A DNA stretch of 64,000 bases, taken from NCBI RefSeq assembly GCF_030144855.1, contig NC_082717.1, forward strand, positions 88,846,001 to 88,910,000. Direction: 5' to 3'. The translations under genes were made by a program, and so were the position numbers. The stretch's first letter is position 1; every line of letters begins with the position of its first letter. The notes beneath the pieces were generated by a model. That model was not told the DNA's origin, searched no databases, and saw nothing but the letters and a program-made list of their open reading frames with translations. Positions 13,400 to 25,378 of this stretch are shown here, in pieces. The DNA is from Hypanus sabinus. Lineage: Eukaryota.

Positions 13400-14200
13400 T
13401 CCACTCAGGCCCGCCGAAGAGCGCGCGAACACAGCCGCTTTCGTTTTCAGTTATTTACCCTCCCCCCTTCCCTCAGCCAGCCGGCCGCCCGATGCTTCAC
13501 GCAACCCCGCTGCTTAAGCTGGCAAGTCACAGCGGGCTTAAGTGAACCGGTTTAACTGAGGAGGGGAAGCGGCCGCCATTACGCAGCTCCGGACCCCGCC
13601 ATGCTGAAAGAAGCTGGCGTGCCACCAGCGCGCCGATGGCAGCTTCCGCACCGCCGGGCAATCGCACGGCGGCTTCCAGCTTCGGGGAGCAGGGGGCCGA
13701 GAGGCCGGCTCCTATCAGCTGTTCACATTTGCTATCTGTGGTATTCCTTCAGTGGTAAAGGGGGATTCTCACCTCCACCGCACCGGTTGTATCGGGACAT
13801 AATAACACACTCACTCTTCCCTCTGCCCGTTCGCCATTAACTGAGGGCGAATCCCGCCCCGCCTCCGCCGCTTGCGCATGCCCAGCCGACAGAGCGCGCA
13901 TCCGGGGCCCCGCGCCGGACCGCCCCCGCCGCGCGTGCTTCCGAATGGACGGCAGTTAGGGGAAGGAGGTCACGTGCGCTGCTCCTTCTCCCGCGCCTCC
14001 ATATTGATCGCTGCCCTTATCTTTTACCTCAAAAAGATGTTCGCCTCCCCAAAATGGCTTCTGCAAGAGTCGGAGCGATAGGCGTACGTCTCCGGATTTG
14101 TAGTTTTAGGATCGGCAGCGTCGGGGAGGCCTGACGTCTGCAAAGCTCAGCCGAAACTGGTTGCGGCCAGTTTTTGCGCACACTGCAGTTCTATCCTGCG
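13400..14200. promoter_or_regulatory. CpG-island promoter of SRSF7, possibly bidirectional
   Basis: CpG-dense and spans exon 1. Contains GC boxes (~13853-13863), NRF1-like TGCGCATGC (13873-13881), E-box GTCACGTG (13969-13976), ACTACAAATCC on the minus strand (14094-14104; ZNF143/THAP11-type) and YY1-like ATGGC motifs on both strands. Confidence 0.85.
13773..13800 (-). CDS. SRSF7: SRSF7 coding exon 1
   Basis: ATGTCCCGATACAACCGGTGCGGTGGAG|gtgaga = MSRYNRCGG(E), 28 nt, phase 1 (human: MSRYGRYGGE). Joins in frame to the exon at 1463-1643. Confidence 0.93.
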
Positions 14201-14764
14201 CCGCTGTGCTTGCACTGATTTAATTCTGATCCTTCGCTCATCATCTTCTTTCTACACTTGCACATCCTTTATATGTAAACTTGCTATTGCAAACATCAGA
14301 AATTAAACATCCAAAAGCAATTTTTATGTAACCGTAGCAAGAATCAATCTGCGCGCGATCTGTTGAAAACAAGTACCCAAATTATTTCTGTGCAATTAAT
14401 CCATCATTTATTTGGAGTGCTCTTACCCATGGAAAGATACCATGAGATAGATGAATCGCCCATTGATTTGTCTTCCTGTCATAAAGATTCTGAGCCAGCA
14501 GACTGAGATTCTCTAGAACCCTTTTCAGATTGATTTATTTATCACATGTACAGTGTAAACGTTCAGTGCGATGCATCGTTTGCCTTAACAACCGGCACAA
14601 CGGGAGAGGGCAGCCCTCAAGGTCGCCACACACTCCGGCGCCGACAGAACACACGGAGCAACAAAAAGGATCACTAAAAACATTGCTGGAAACGCTCAGC
14701 GGGTCAAGCAGCTTCACTGGAGAGAGAATGTTAAAACTCCTTCCCTGATGCAGGGTTCCTTTCC

Positions 14765-17022
14765 TCGAGTTCAGAGAATCTTGGTAAATTATCACCAAAA
14801 CCTCTACCATAACTTATGCGATTTTTTTCCCTACCCTGGGATGCATTCCATCAGGACCAGAGGACTTATCTTCAGGCCCAAAGTTTGCTCAGCACCACCT
14901 CTTTAGTAACAGCTATTGTATCATGTTCCTCATCTCCCATCGCACCCATAACATCTCTCTTTGGCATGTTAGATATGTCCTCCACCTGGACGACTGACAC
15001 CAAATAGTCATTCAAAGCCTGGGCCATTTCCTCATTACCCAAAATCAATTCCCCCTTCTCATCCTCCAGGACCTACATTCACTTTAGACACTCTTTTCCA
15101 CTTTATATAATTATAAAAAAACTTTTACTGTCCATTTTTATATTTTGTGATCTAACTTCCCTTTTTTATTGCTTGCTTAGTGGCTCTTTGTTGCTTTTTA
15201 AAGTTTTCCCAATCTTCCAATTTCCCACTACTCTTGGTGACTTTGTATGCTTGAGCTTTAGTTTGATGCCTTCTTTTATTTCCTTAGCTAGTTCTCCCAG
15301 GCTAGCTCTCCTCACTCTTACTGTCCTCGCTTTTAACTAGAATATACTTTTGTTGAACACCATGAAAAATCTTGTTGACAGTCTTCCACTGTTCCTCAAC
15401 CATCCCACCGTAGCCTGTCTTCCCAGTGTACACTAACCAACTCCTCCCTCATCCTAATGTAGTCTCCAGTGTTTAGGCATAATACACTGGTTATAGATCC
15501 AACTATTGCACCCCCCATTTGTATGAGAAACTCAAATCATACTGTGATCAGTCTTTCCAAAAGGATCCCTAACTACAAGATTGCTAATTTTACCTGTCTC
15601 ATTGCTACAAGATAACATGTTTCCTTGTAGGTTCAGTAACATGCTGTTCAAAAAGCCATCACAGATGCATTTTATGGTCCTCCTCAAGGCTGCCTGGACC
15701 AACTTGATTCACTCAATCTATGTGGAAGTTAAAGTCCCCATGATAACTGCTGTTCTATTCTTAATGTGCTGTTCTATTCTATTCTATTCAGATATTTCTG
15801 TTTATTGCCTGTGCCACTGTAACGTTATTATGCAGTGGCTGATAGACAACTCCCACCAGTGATTTTTTTCTCTTTACTATTCCTAATCTCTACCCAGATG
15901 GATTCAACATTCTGTTCCTTAGATCTTATCATCCTGATCTCATCCTTAATTAAGAGTGTTACCCCACCTCCCTTACCTTCCTGCCTATCCTTCCATATTA
16001 CCTGATATCCTTGGATATTTAATTCCCAGCCCTCTCCACCCTGCAACCATGTCTCTGTAATGCCCACTAAATCATACCCCTTTGTACTGATTTGTGCCAC
16101 AAGTTCACTAACCCTGTTTCGAATACTACAAGCATTCAAATAAAGTGAGCTTACAAAAAATGTGCTTTTAAATCTTGTAATCTTTTACTCTTTTGTATTT
16201 GCGTTTTCTTTACTCCATTCTTATTTTCCTCTTTTTTATCTTTTGCTTTTACTTTATCCACACTTTTCTCTTTTACTTTATCCATACTTCTCCAATCTGT
16301 TGAATCCAGCCTCTACTATTTAGTTTAAAGCCCTATCCACAGCCCTAGTTATGCAATTCGCTTGGATCCAGGTCCCATCACTGTTCAGGTGGAGCCCATC
16401 CCATTGGTATAGCTAACTCCTTCCCCAATACTGGTGCCAGTTTATCATAAATTCAAACCCACTTCTCCCACACCAATCCTTAAACCACATACTTAACTCT
16501 CTAATCTTCTTGACCCTATGCCAGTTTGCATGTGCCTCAGGTAGTAATCCAGAGATTACCACTTTTTTGGTTCTGCTTTTTAATTTAGTCCCGAGCTATT
16601 CAAATTCCCTCAGCAGAACCTCTTTCCTCATTCTACCTATGTAGTTGATACACGCATGGACCACAACAACCAGATCTTTTCCCCTCCCACTGCAAATTCC
16701 TCTACAGGTCAGATAAGATGACCCAAACCCGGGCACCAAGCAGACAACACAGCCTTCGGGATGCTCTCACCTCATGACAGAGAACTCTGTCTATTCCCCT
16801 GACTGTAGTATCCCCAATTACCACTACATTTCTCTTCTTTCCCCCCTCTTGAATGGCTCCCTGAACCCCCACTCTCATCTACAAAGGGAGCAGGAATCTC
16901 AGACGTTTTGGACAAGCTCAAGGGCTCCTCCAGCACTGTCTCATGAATCCCATTACCCACCTCACTCACAGTCACACCCTCTTGTACCTGACCACAGACT
17001 GAATTTGAGGCAACTAATCTAA
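14765..17022 (-). mobile_element. CR1 LINE fragment (ORF1 end and ORF2 endonuclease region)
   Basis: ORF 15828-16139 NACSIRNRVSELVAQISTKGYDLVGITETWLQ is the APE-type endonuclease N-terminus. An esterase-like ORF1 remnant lies upstream; multiple frameshifts. Confidence 0.85.
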
Positions 17023-17082
17023 TGGTTCACTCACACAATTCATTCTCATTCTCTCTCTCTCTTTCTCACACACACACACACA

Positions 17083-19255
17083 GCAAAAGTGAGTGGGGAG
17101 TTAGATGATTGGGAAGCTTTTAAAATCCAACAAAAGGAAACTAAAAAAGCTGTAATAAGATAAAAGATGAAATATGTGGACACACTAGCCAATAATATAA
17201 AGCAGGATACCAAAAGTTTTTTTTAGTTATGTAAAGAGGAGAAGGGAGGGTGGTGAGAGTTATCACTGGAAAATGATGCTGGTGAGAGAGTAATGGGGAA
17301 CAAAGAAATGGCAAATGAACTTAATAAGTACTTTGCAACAGTCTTCACTGTGGAAGACACTAACTGTATGCCAGAGGTCCAGGAGTGCTATTACAAAGGA
17401 AAGAGTGCAAGTGGATAAGTCACCTGGACCAGATGGACTGCATCCCAGAGTCCTGAAAGAGGTTGCTGAAGAAATAACAGATATATTGGTCTACTGCCCT
17501 CTACTGTGCCTATTGTCTTGTTTATTATTTATTGTAATGCCTGCACTGTTTTGTGCACTTTATGCAGTCCTGGGTAGGACTATAGTCTAGTGTAGTTTTT
17601 TTTTCCTGTCTTGCTTTCATGTAGTTCAGTGTAGATTTTGTATTGTTTCATGTAGCACCATGGTCCTGAAAAACGATGTCTTGTTTTTACTGTGTACTGT
17701 TCCAGCAGTTATGGTCAAAATGCCAATAAAAAGTGACTTGACTTGACTCAAAATGATCTTTCAAGAATCACTTGATTCTGGCATGGTCCCAGAGGACTGG
17801 AAGATTGCAAATTTCACTCCACTCTTTAAGAAGGGAGGAAGGCAAAAGAAAGGAAGTTATAGCTGAGTTAACCTAACCTCAGTGGTTGGGATAGTGTTGG
17901 AGCCTATTATTAAGTATGTGGTTTCGAAGTACTTGGAGACTAATGATAAAATCAGTCAAAGTCAACATGGTTTTTTGTAAAGGGAAATCTTGACTGACAA
18001 ATCTGTTAGAGTCCTTCAAGGAAGTAACAAATAGGGTAGACAAAGGAAAGGCAGTGGATGTCACTTGCTTGGATTTTCATAAGGTATTTGATAAGGTCCC
18101 ACACATGAAGCTGGTTAACAGGATAAAATCCTATGGAGTTACAGGAGAGATACTGGCACGGATAGTGGAATGGCTGACAGGCAGAAGGCAGCAAGTGGGA
18201 ATAAAAGGGGCCTTTTCTGGTTGGCTGCCAGTGTCGAGTGGTGTTTCTCAGGGGTCAGTATTGGGACCACTATTTTTCACGTTGTTTGTCATTGATTTGG
18301 ATAGTGGAATTGATGGCTTTGTGTCAAAGTTTGCAAATAATACAAAGATAAGTGGAGGTGTAGGTAGTGCTGAGGAAACAATGCAATTGTAGCAGGACAA
18401 TAAATTAGAAGAATGGGCAAAAAATTGGCAGATGGAATACAGTGTTGGGAAATGTATGATAATGCATTTTGGTAAAAGGAACAATAGTGCGGACTATTAT
18501 CTAAATAGGGAGAAAATTCGAACATTGAGATGCAGAGGAGCTTCGGAGTCCTTGTGTAAGACTATCAGAAAGACAATTTACAGATTGAGTCTGTGGTAAA
18601 GAAGGCAAATGAAAGGTTGGCATTTATTTCAAGGGAAATAGAATATAAAAGCAAGGAGATAATGCTGAGCCTTTATAAGACACTAGTCAGGCCGCACTTG
18701 GAGTATTGTCAAAAGTTTAGGGCCCCATATCTCAGAAAGGATGAGTTGTCCTTGGAGAGAGTCCGGAGGAGGTTCATAGGGATGATTCCGGGAATGAAGG
18801 GGTTAACATGAGGAGCATTTGGCAACTTTGGGTCCGTACTCACTGGAATTTAGAAGAATGCCTGGGGATCTCATTGAAACCTACTGAAATACCGAAAGAA
18901 CCAGATAGGGTGGATGTGGAGAGGATGTTTGTTATGGTGGTGGTATCCAGAACTCAGCCTCAAATTGAGGAGTGAACCTTTAGAACAAAGGTCAGAAGGA
19001 TATTTTTTTAGCCAGAGAGTAGCAAATCTGTGGAAATCTGTAGTTACTCTGCCATGGACTGCAGCAAAAGCCAATTCTGTGGGTATATTTAAGGTGGAAG
19101 TTGATTGTTTCCTGATTGGTCAGTGCTACAAAGGATATGGTGAGAAGGCAGGTGTATGGGGTTGAGAGGGATCCAGGATCAGCCATGATGGAATGGTGGA
19201 GCAGACTTGATGGATTGAATGGCCTAATTCTGCTTCTGTGTCTCATGGTCTTATG
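17083..19255 (+). mobile_element. CR1 LINE 3' half (RT), with a nested L2/Rex-type 3' fragment at ~17490-17748
   Basis: Peptides KSPGPDGLHPRVLKE, LDFHKVFDKVPH, SGVSQGSVLGPLFF and LYKTLVRPHLEYC. The nested piece ends in aataaaaagt(gactt)n. Confidence 0.9.
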
Positions 19256-20294
19256 AACTAATATCAGTTTAGGTGAACATCAAATACTGTACAGCTGGGA
19301 AATGGTCACTGGTATAAATATTACTTACCATATCCACAATTAATGGGTATTTTAAGTAAGGTTTTGCAATCCGGGCAATTGTAATCATCACATATCGCAA
19401 AGAAATGAAATTTGCAAAGGCAGCCACAAGGATGGATTAATAAACAAAATTAGGAATTCTTTCTAAGAGTATTATGTTGATAAACCAGACTACTTCAGAT
19501 GTGGTATGGTGTATTGAAACAGGATTAATAATTTCACAGTGAAGGATTGCCTAGGAAAGTGCGATTGTAGCAGGTAGAATTTCATATTCATTTTCATAGT
19601 GAGAAACGTGCACCTGAAACTTGTATCCTAAACTTAAAGGCATTTATAATGTATAAAGTCAATGGTTGTCTAATGCAGATTGGGAAAGCAATGGGTAATA
19701 GGCTGATTACATTGAAGGAAATATTTCAGAAATCTCAGTAATGATTACGTTCCATTAAGAAAGAAAGGATTCACTGTAAGGTCTCAACATCCACGGCTAA
19801 CTAAAATTACTAAGGTTTTGCATTAAAAGAAAATGCATAAAGTACTCTGTTGCTGGGATTAGTAGTAAGCCTGATAATTGGCAACATTTTATAAACCAGC
19901 AAAGTATGACTAAAAATGATAGGCCTATACAATAGAATATGGAAAAATACTATTGAATAATATAAAAATAGTCAGTAAGAATCTCTGTGTGCATCAAGCA
20001 AGGATAGAGGCTGAATCAATAGTTGATTCCCTTCATAATAAGATAAGGAAATTAAGAATGTGAAGTAGTGATGTGGCGGAGATCCAAAATAGTTATTATT
20101 ATTAATAAATAATTATTTTAGGTTGGTCTTCATGATAAAAGCCAAATAAAACATCCCAATAATAATAGATAAAATCAAGGGACCAGATAAATACAGATTT
20201 GTGCATGGCCAATGAACCAGCCTATGAATACTACTTCACAATTTTTGCTCTCTTTTTGCACAATTTATTTACCGCAATTTAACTTCTTTATATA

Positions 20295-21248
20295 CAGTAG
20301 ATTCTGGTTAATTGGACTATCAGTTAATTGAGTAACTTCTTATTTGGGACAACTCTTAAAGAATAAAAACTAATTGAGAAAACAGCCAAGATTTCCCTTC
20401 CTTTATTTGGAAAACCATGCCGCTTAATTGAGGCAGATTACTGTTGCCAAACAGTTTCCAACTAGGGTCAGTCACATGAACTTTGTGGCTGTTGCTTTAG
20501 AGCAAACAGTTTTCAAAGAGCATCATTTGCACATATTTGTATTAAAAAAATAGTGATTTTTGTCACTGATAGTTGGTAAGAAATAAGCAGTAAAGCAATT
20601 TAAAATTGTTTTGCGCACTACCGTTACAAGCATTCAGGCTTGGAGATGCCAGAAACAGCCAGGAGTGAAAATGAAACGATTTCTCTTCTTCAAAAAGTTA
20701 GAAACTATGAAGAATTTGAAGGTATCAACAATCATCTCAAACGTTACAATGGGGAGTTGGAGGATGCAGTCATCAAAAGCATTGTATGAAGGCAGTCCAA
20801 TATCTGCAGTAGGTGTCTGCTACTCTCCCCTGGTTTAGTCTGCCTGTCAAAGTAGTGTACCGGGGTATGGCTGCTGACACATGCAAACAGCTATTCAAAG
20901 CCACAGGTGAGAGTTGAATGTCTGGTGGGGACCAAAGGTGAATGAACTGCCCCAGAATGGACACAACAAGCCCCTTCACCAGAGGTGCTACCCCTCCCAC
21001 CCCCACTCGACCCCCATACACACCAGTATACACTGGACGAATTCCTCCATCAGTGACTATTGGGAACTAATACACAATTTTATAGTACTGTAGTAACATT
21101 GGCTGTGTTCTAATTTGTTCTGTATTTCATTTAAATACCTCATTGTTGCTCAGCTAAAAGGTAGTTAATCTTTTAAGCTATTTCCATGAAACTTAATTGG
21201 GCCAAAATGTATTGGTCCCAATGTGTCCCAATTAACCAGAACCCACTT
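20295..21248. mobile_element. Tigger/pogo-like non-autonomous element
   Basis: Left end TA|cagtagattctggttaattgg and inverted right end gtcccaattaaccagaacccact, with repeated taattggg subterminal motifs. It interrupts a LINE tail. Confidence 0.65.
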
Positions 21249-24200
21249 ATTTGTTTTCATACTTAATAGTTTCTAAAATATATTCAACTCTACTGCTGCC
21301 ACAAAACAACAAATTTCACAACATAGGTCAGTTATATTAAACTGATTCTGATTCAGGATGGAGGAGCGCAAAACAAACTCTAACACTGGAAAAAAGTGTA
21401 TAGGCCAAATGAATCTCGTGATAGTCTGTTTCTCAGGGTTAAAGAGGAAGTGGCAGCCAAGACTGTGGAAATGTTGCTGATAATCTACCAAAGTTCCTGG
21501 GATTTTGGAAAGGTGCAAGTAGGGATAGGTACAATACAAGAAAGAAGGGAGGCAGAAAGTAAACTGACAACCTGCTAGTTTAACATGTGTCACTGGGAAA
21601 ACAAGAACAGGACAATTAGAGAGTTATAGGGCAATCAAGTGGCATGCTTTTACAAAGTGAGATTATGTCTGACAAATCTCGAGGATGGATCAAATAGTTG
21701 GGATGAAATGCAAGCAGTATGTCTTTAGCTCATTGAAACCCTGTTTACTGCATTCTTTAAATTCAATTAGATCTTTCTCATGTGCTCCCCTCAAATTTAC
21801 CAGGTTCATGGGAAAATTCGTTCTGTGTAATTTAAAAAAGGCAGTATTGGGTGTTAATAGTTCTGACACCACCAAGTTCATCAGCATGCCAGATTAACCT
21901 CATGAGTGTACTGGTTAAAGAGGAAGCAAGTGGCTTTGGTTCATTGTGTACAGAACATATTGGCGTGATGGTAAATATCTGAATGCAAAGGCATGTACTA
22001 ATTATATTCTATTTCCTGTATACATTGTTATGAATAAAATTTATTTTGAAATTTAAAAGATTAATGGAGTTTTATAATACTTCTCAACCACAGAATTTCT
22101 GCTTTCAACCTTTTGATGAAAAATTACAAAAGATATTAGCAGATTATGCAAAAGGAGTCAACTACATCAACTCACAAAAGCAGACAGGACTTAATTTAAA
22201 GTATTTTCCAAGTGACAGCACCCCTGAAGACAGAACTATCCTCACATATCAGCTTAAAATCTTTGAACTCAGGTCTGTATTGTGGGACTTGAGTCTGACA
22301 GACACGGAGATGAGCGTGCTCCTAGTGGATCTACAGAGTGTGATTTAATGCATAATTGCCATTATGCATCAAATCATATACTGTCTACAATTTGGCATGT
22401 TATTTTCACTAAAATCACTAAAAAAATTTGCAGTATAATTGTTTTATATATATTGTGTATATATAAACACACACACACACACACAAATAGAACCATAAAA
22501 CATAACAGCACAGAAATAATAGTGTGTCCTTTATTTTGTAAAGAAACTTGTCTAAATGATAACAACTTCTAACACCTCAATTGGATTGCAATGTTCATAC
22601 AGGTTTAAAATACATTGTTCTGGAGGTCACCACACCAACAAGGCATTCACTTCCTCTAAGTAATATTCATAAGCACATTTTCTGCAGATTGACCTCGTTT
22701 GCTGGATTCTGGCAGCTTATTAAGAAAAAAATCAGGAAATGCTGGAAAAACTTAAGCTCTTTTGGAACAAAGGCAATGACAAGTAATTTTTTAAATCCTT
22801 GAATTAAAATAACTAATAAATTGACTAATGTAAATCAATAAAATTTGTATATTGTTATAATTCCTCTTAAGACATATCCAGTCTGCAACAATGGAGAATT
22901 TACATCTGTCCAGTAAATCCATACTCAAGGCACTGAAAGGTGTTAATATTGGCCAATGACTGGTCCTGCTTGATTACTGGGAGTTTTGCTATTTGAATGG
23001 TTCAATCAGGAGAGGGCCCTGGTACTGGGAAACTGCATTTCACAGTAATGATCAGCCTTATGGACCACCGGGGTCCTAGTGTCCTACATTTTTTTTTTGT
23101 TTTCATTCGACAACTTAATTAGTCTTTCTCATGACCAGACACTGTTTTGAGTTCTTCTAGAAACTCAGGAGGTTCAGTTTTATTGATAAAGAGGAAATGC
23201 TGTGAAAGGGACAATGAGAAAAACAGTGAAAATGTATCAAGAAAGAGAATGGAAAGGAAGTCAGTAATGAAAATTTTCAAAATGAATTTGCTATGCAAAA
23301 CAGTGAATGATACATTCCTATGTAAATGTAGTAATTTCATTTAAAATAATGATCAACCTACTAAATGTTTTCTGCTGCTTCTCTGTGAAGATGGGAGCTT
23401 CGTATTGCTTCAATAAAGTTCAAATTAATTTGTAAACTTCGATCATTTAAAATTTAACACAATTAGAAAATCTATTCTCTCCATTTAGGACTGGATGCAA
23501 ATGCCGTCTGCAACCTATTAACTCTCACAAACAATTTGTCCTGATCCAACCACATGGATACCTCATCCAAACAGGCACACCAGAAACTAAGGAAATCCAG
23601 CATGCCTCATTGAGTCTTACCAGTGTTTAGAAATGTACCATAGAAAGCATCTTACTTACATACATCACGGCTTGGAATGGCAACTGCTCTGCGCTACACT
23701 GCAAGAAATTACAAGGAGTTGTGAATACAGCCCAGTCCATCACACAAACCAACAGCCCCTATAGTAACTCCATCTACACTTTCTGCTGCCTCAGGAAAGC
23801 AGCCAACATCTCCCCGTTAATCTCTTACCCAGCACACGTGAACAGCTTAATCTTCAATCATTGAAAATAACTTCAAAATCGTAGTCTGCAACTTTTTCAT
23901 GGGATAAACCATACTAATGATCCAGAATAATACCAAAGGATATTCATGAGAAATGTGTTTTAATTTAACCATATAACCAAATATTGATATTTTCAAATCA
24001 TTTCTAAAAAAAAAGGACGCAAATACCATTGTTTGTTTAAAGTTGATCTTAAAGGGAAAAAGCTGGAATCTAATTATTTATGGGAATAATACTCGTAGAA
24101 AATTACCAAGTTTAAGTAAAGCAAGCACAGTTTTCTGAAAGTCAGATCTGTTCCAGGTTTTAGAAGATGTAAGTGCCAAGTTAGGTAGTGAGAATGACTC

Positions 24201-24670
24201 AATGTGGAACTAGGACTACATTCCAGAGGATGTTAGAATGACGACCTATTTCAATTTTAGAGAAGGTCAGGCATCAGCTCAGGCAGGGGGATTTGTCAAC
24301 TCCAATGACATTCAAGATTCAAGTTTGTTTATAATGTGCACATTGAAACATACGGCGGAATGCATCACTTGCACCGAAAACCAACGCAGCTAGGGGTGAG
24401 CTGGGGCAGCCTGCAAGTGTCGTCACACGTTCTGGCACCAACATAGCAAGCTCGCAACAACAGCAAAACAAGCTCCATCTCTCCTTTAACCCCAGGACCG
24501 GCCTCCAGCCTCCAGTATCCGGCAGAATCATGCTCAGGCCTGCAGACATTGGTCTTCGGACTCACAAAGATTCATAGTCTCGGTTCTGGCCAATAAGCCT
24601 CAACTTCTGGACTTCCAATTCAGTCCTCATTCCTCAATCCTCAGCATCGACGCCAGGGCACACCAATCAC

Positions 24671-25090
24671 CAAACACCAGGCCTCGAATTCCAGATTTGT
24701 CAATGAGAGGACCCCAAACACTAGGCCTCGAATTCCAGATTTGTCAATGAGAGGACCCCAAACACTAGGCCTCGAATTCCAGATTTGTCAATGAGAGGAC
24801 CCCAAACACTAGGCCTCGAATTCCAGACTCATCAATGACAGGACCCCAAACACTAGGCCTCGAATTCCAGACTTGTCAATGACAGGACCCCAAACACTAG
24901 GCCTCGAATTCCAGATTTGTCAATGAGAGGACCCCAAACACTAGGCCTCGAATTCCAGATTTGTCAATGACAGGACCCCAAACACTGGGCCTCGAATTCC
25001 AGATTTGTCAATGACAGGACCCCAAACACTGGGCTTTGAATTCCAGACTCGTCAATGACAGGACCCCAAACACTAGCTCTTGAACTCTGG
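24671..25090. repeat. 44-bp minisatellite, ~9.5 copies
   Basis: Unit caaacactaggcctcgaattccagatttgtcaatgagaggaccc starts at 24671, 24715, 24759 … 25067 (last copy partial). Confidence 0.95.
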
Positions 25091-25121
25091 TCTCACTGAT
25101 TCGTGAACATGGGGTTACCAG

Positions 25122-25333
25122 TGATGCACCATCAATAACTCACACTGAGACGTAGGCGAGATATCGGCTTTTATTGACTGGAAGAAGGAACCAGGAGTGA
25201 GTGTCTATCATACAAGGTCCTGGAGACTGAGGCCGATCTTCAGGCCGCAGGTCTCCTTTATACAGGGGCCTGTGGGAGGAGCCACAGGAGCAGTCAGCAG
25301 GGGCGTGTCCCAACAGGCACATAGTTCACCACA
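25122..25333 (-). repeat. 3' LTR
   Basis: Direct repeat of 29386-29597; contains TATAAA and AATAAA on the element strand. Confidence 0.97.
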
Positions 25334-25346
25334 TTCACCCCCCCTT
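25334..25346 (-). other. polypurine tract
   Basis: Element strand reads AAGGGGGGGTGAA immediately before the TG of the 3' LTR. Confidence 0.8.
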
Positions 25347-25378
25347 CGTTTGAAAAAGTCCTCATGTAGCGAAGGTTC

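Noticed and set aside
13040-14081. Short + strand ORFs across the SRSF7 CpG island
   Set aside because: Low-complexity Pro/Arg/Ala-rich translations typical of GC-rich non-coding DNA; no homology recognised.
14765-19255. Single CR1 with a 5' inversion (twin priming)
   Set aside because: The two oppositely oriented pieces overlap over several hundred bp of homologous ORF2 yet differ substantially there, so they are more likely two independent insertions meeting at a (CT)n(CA)n tract.
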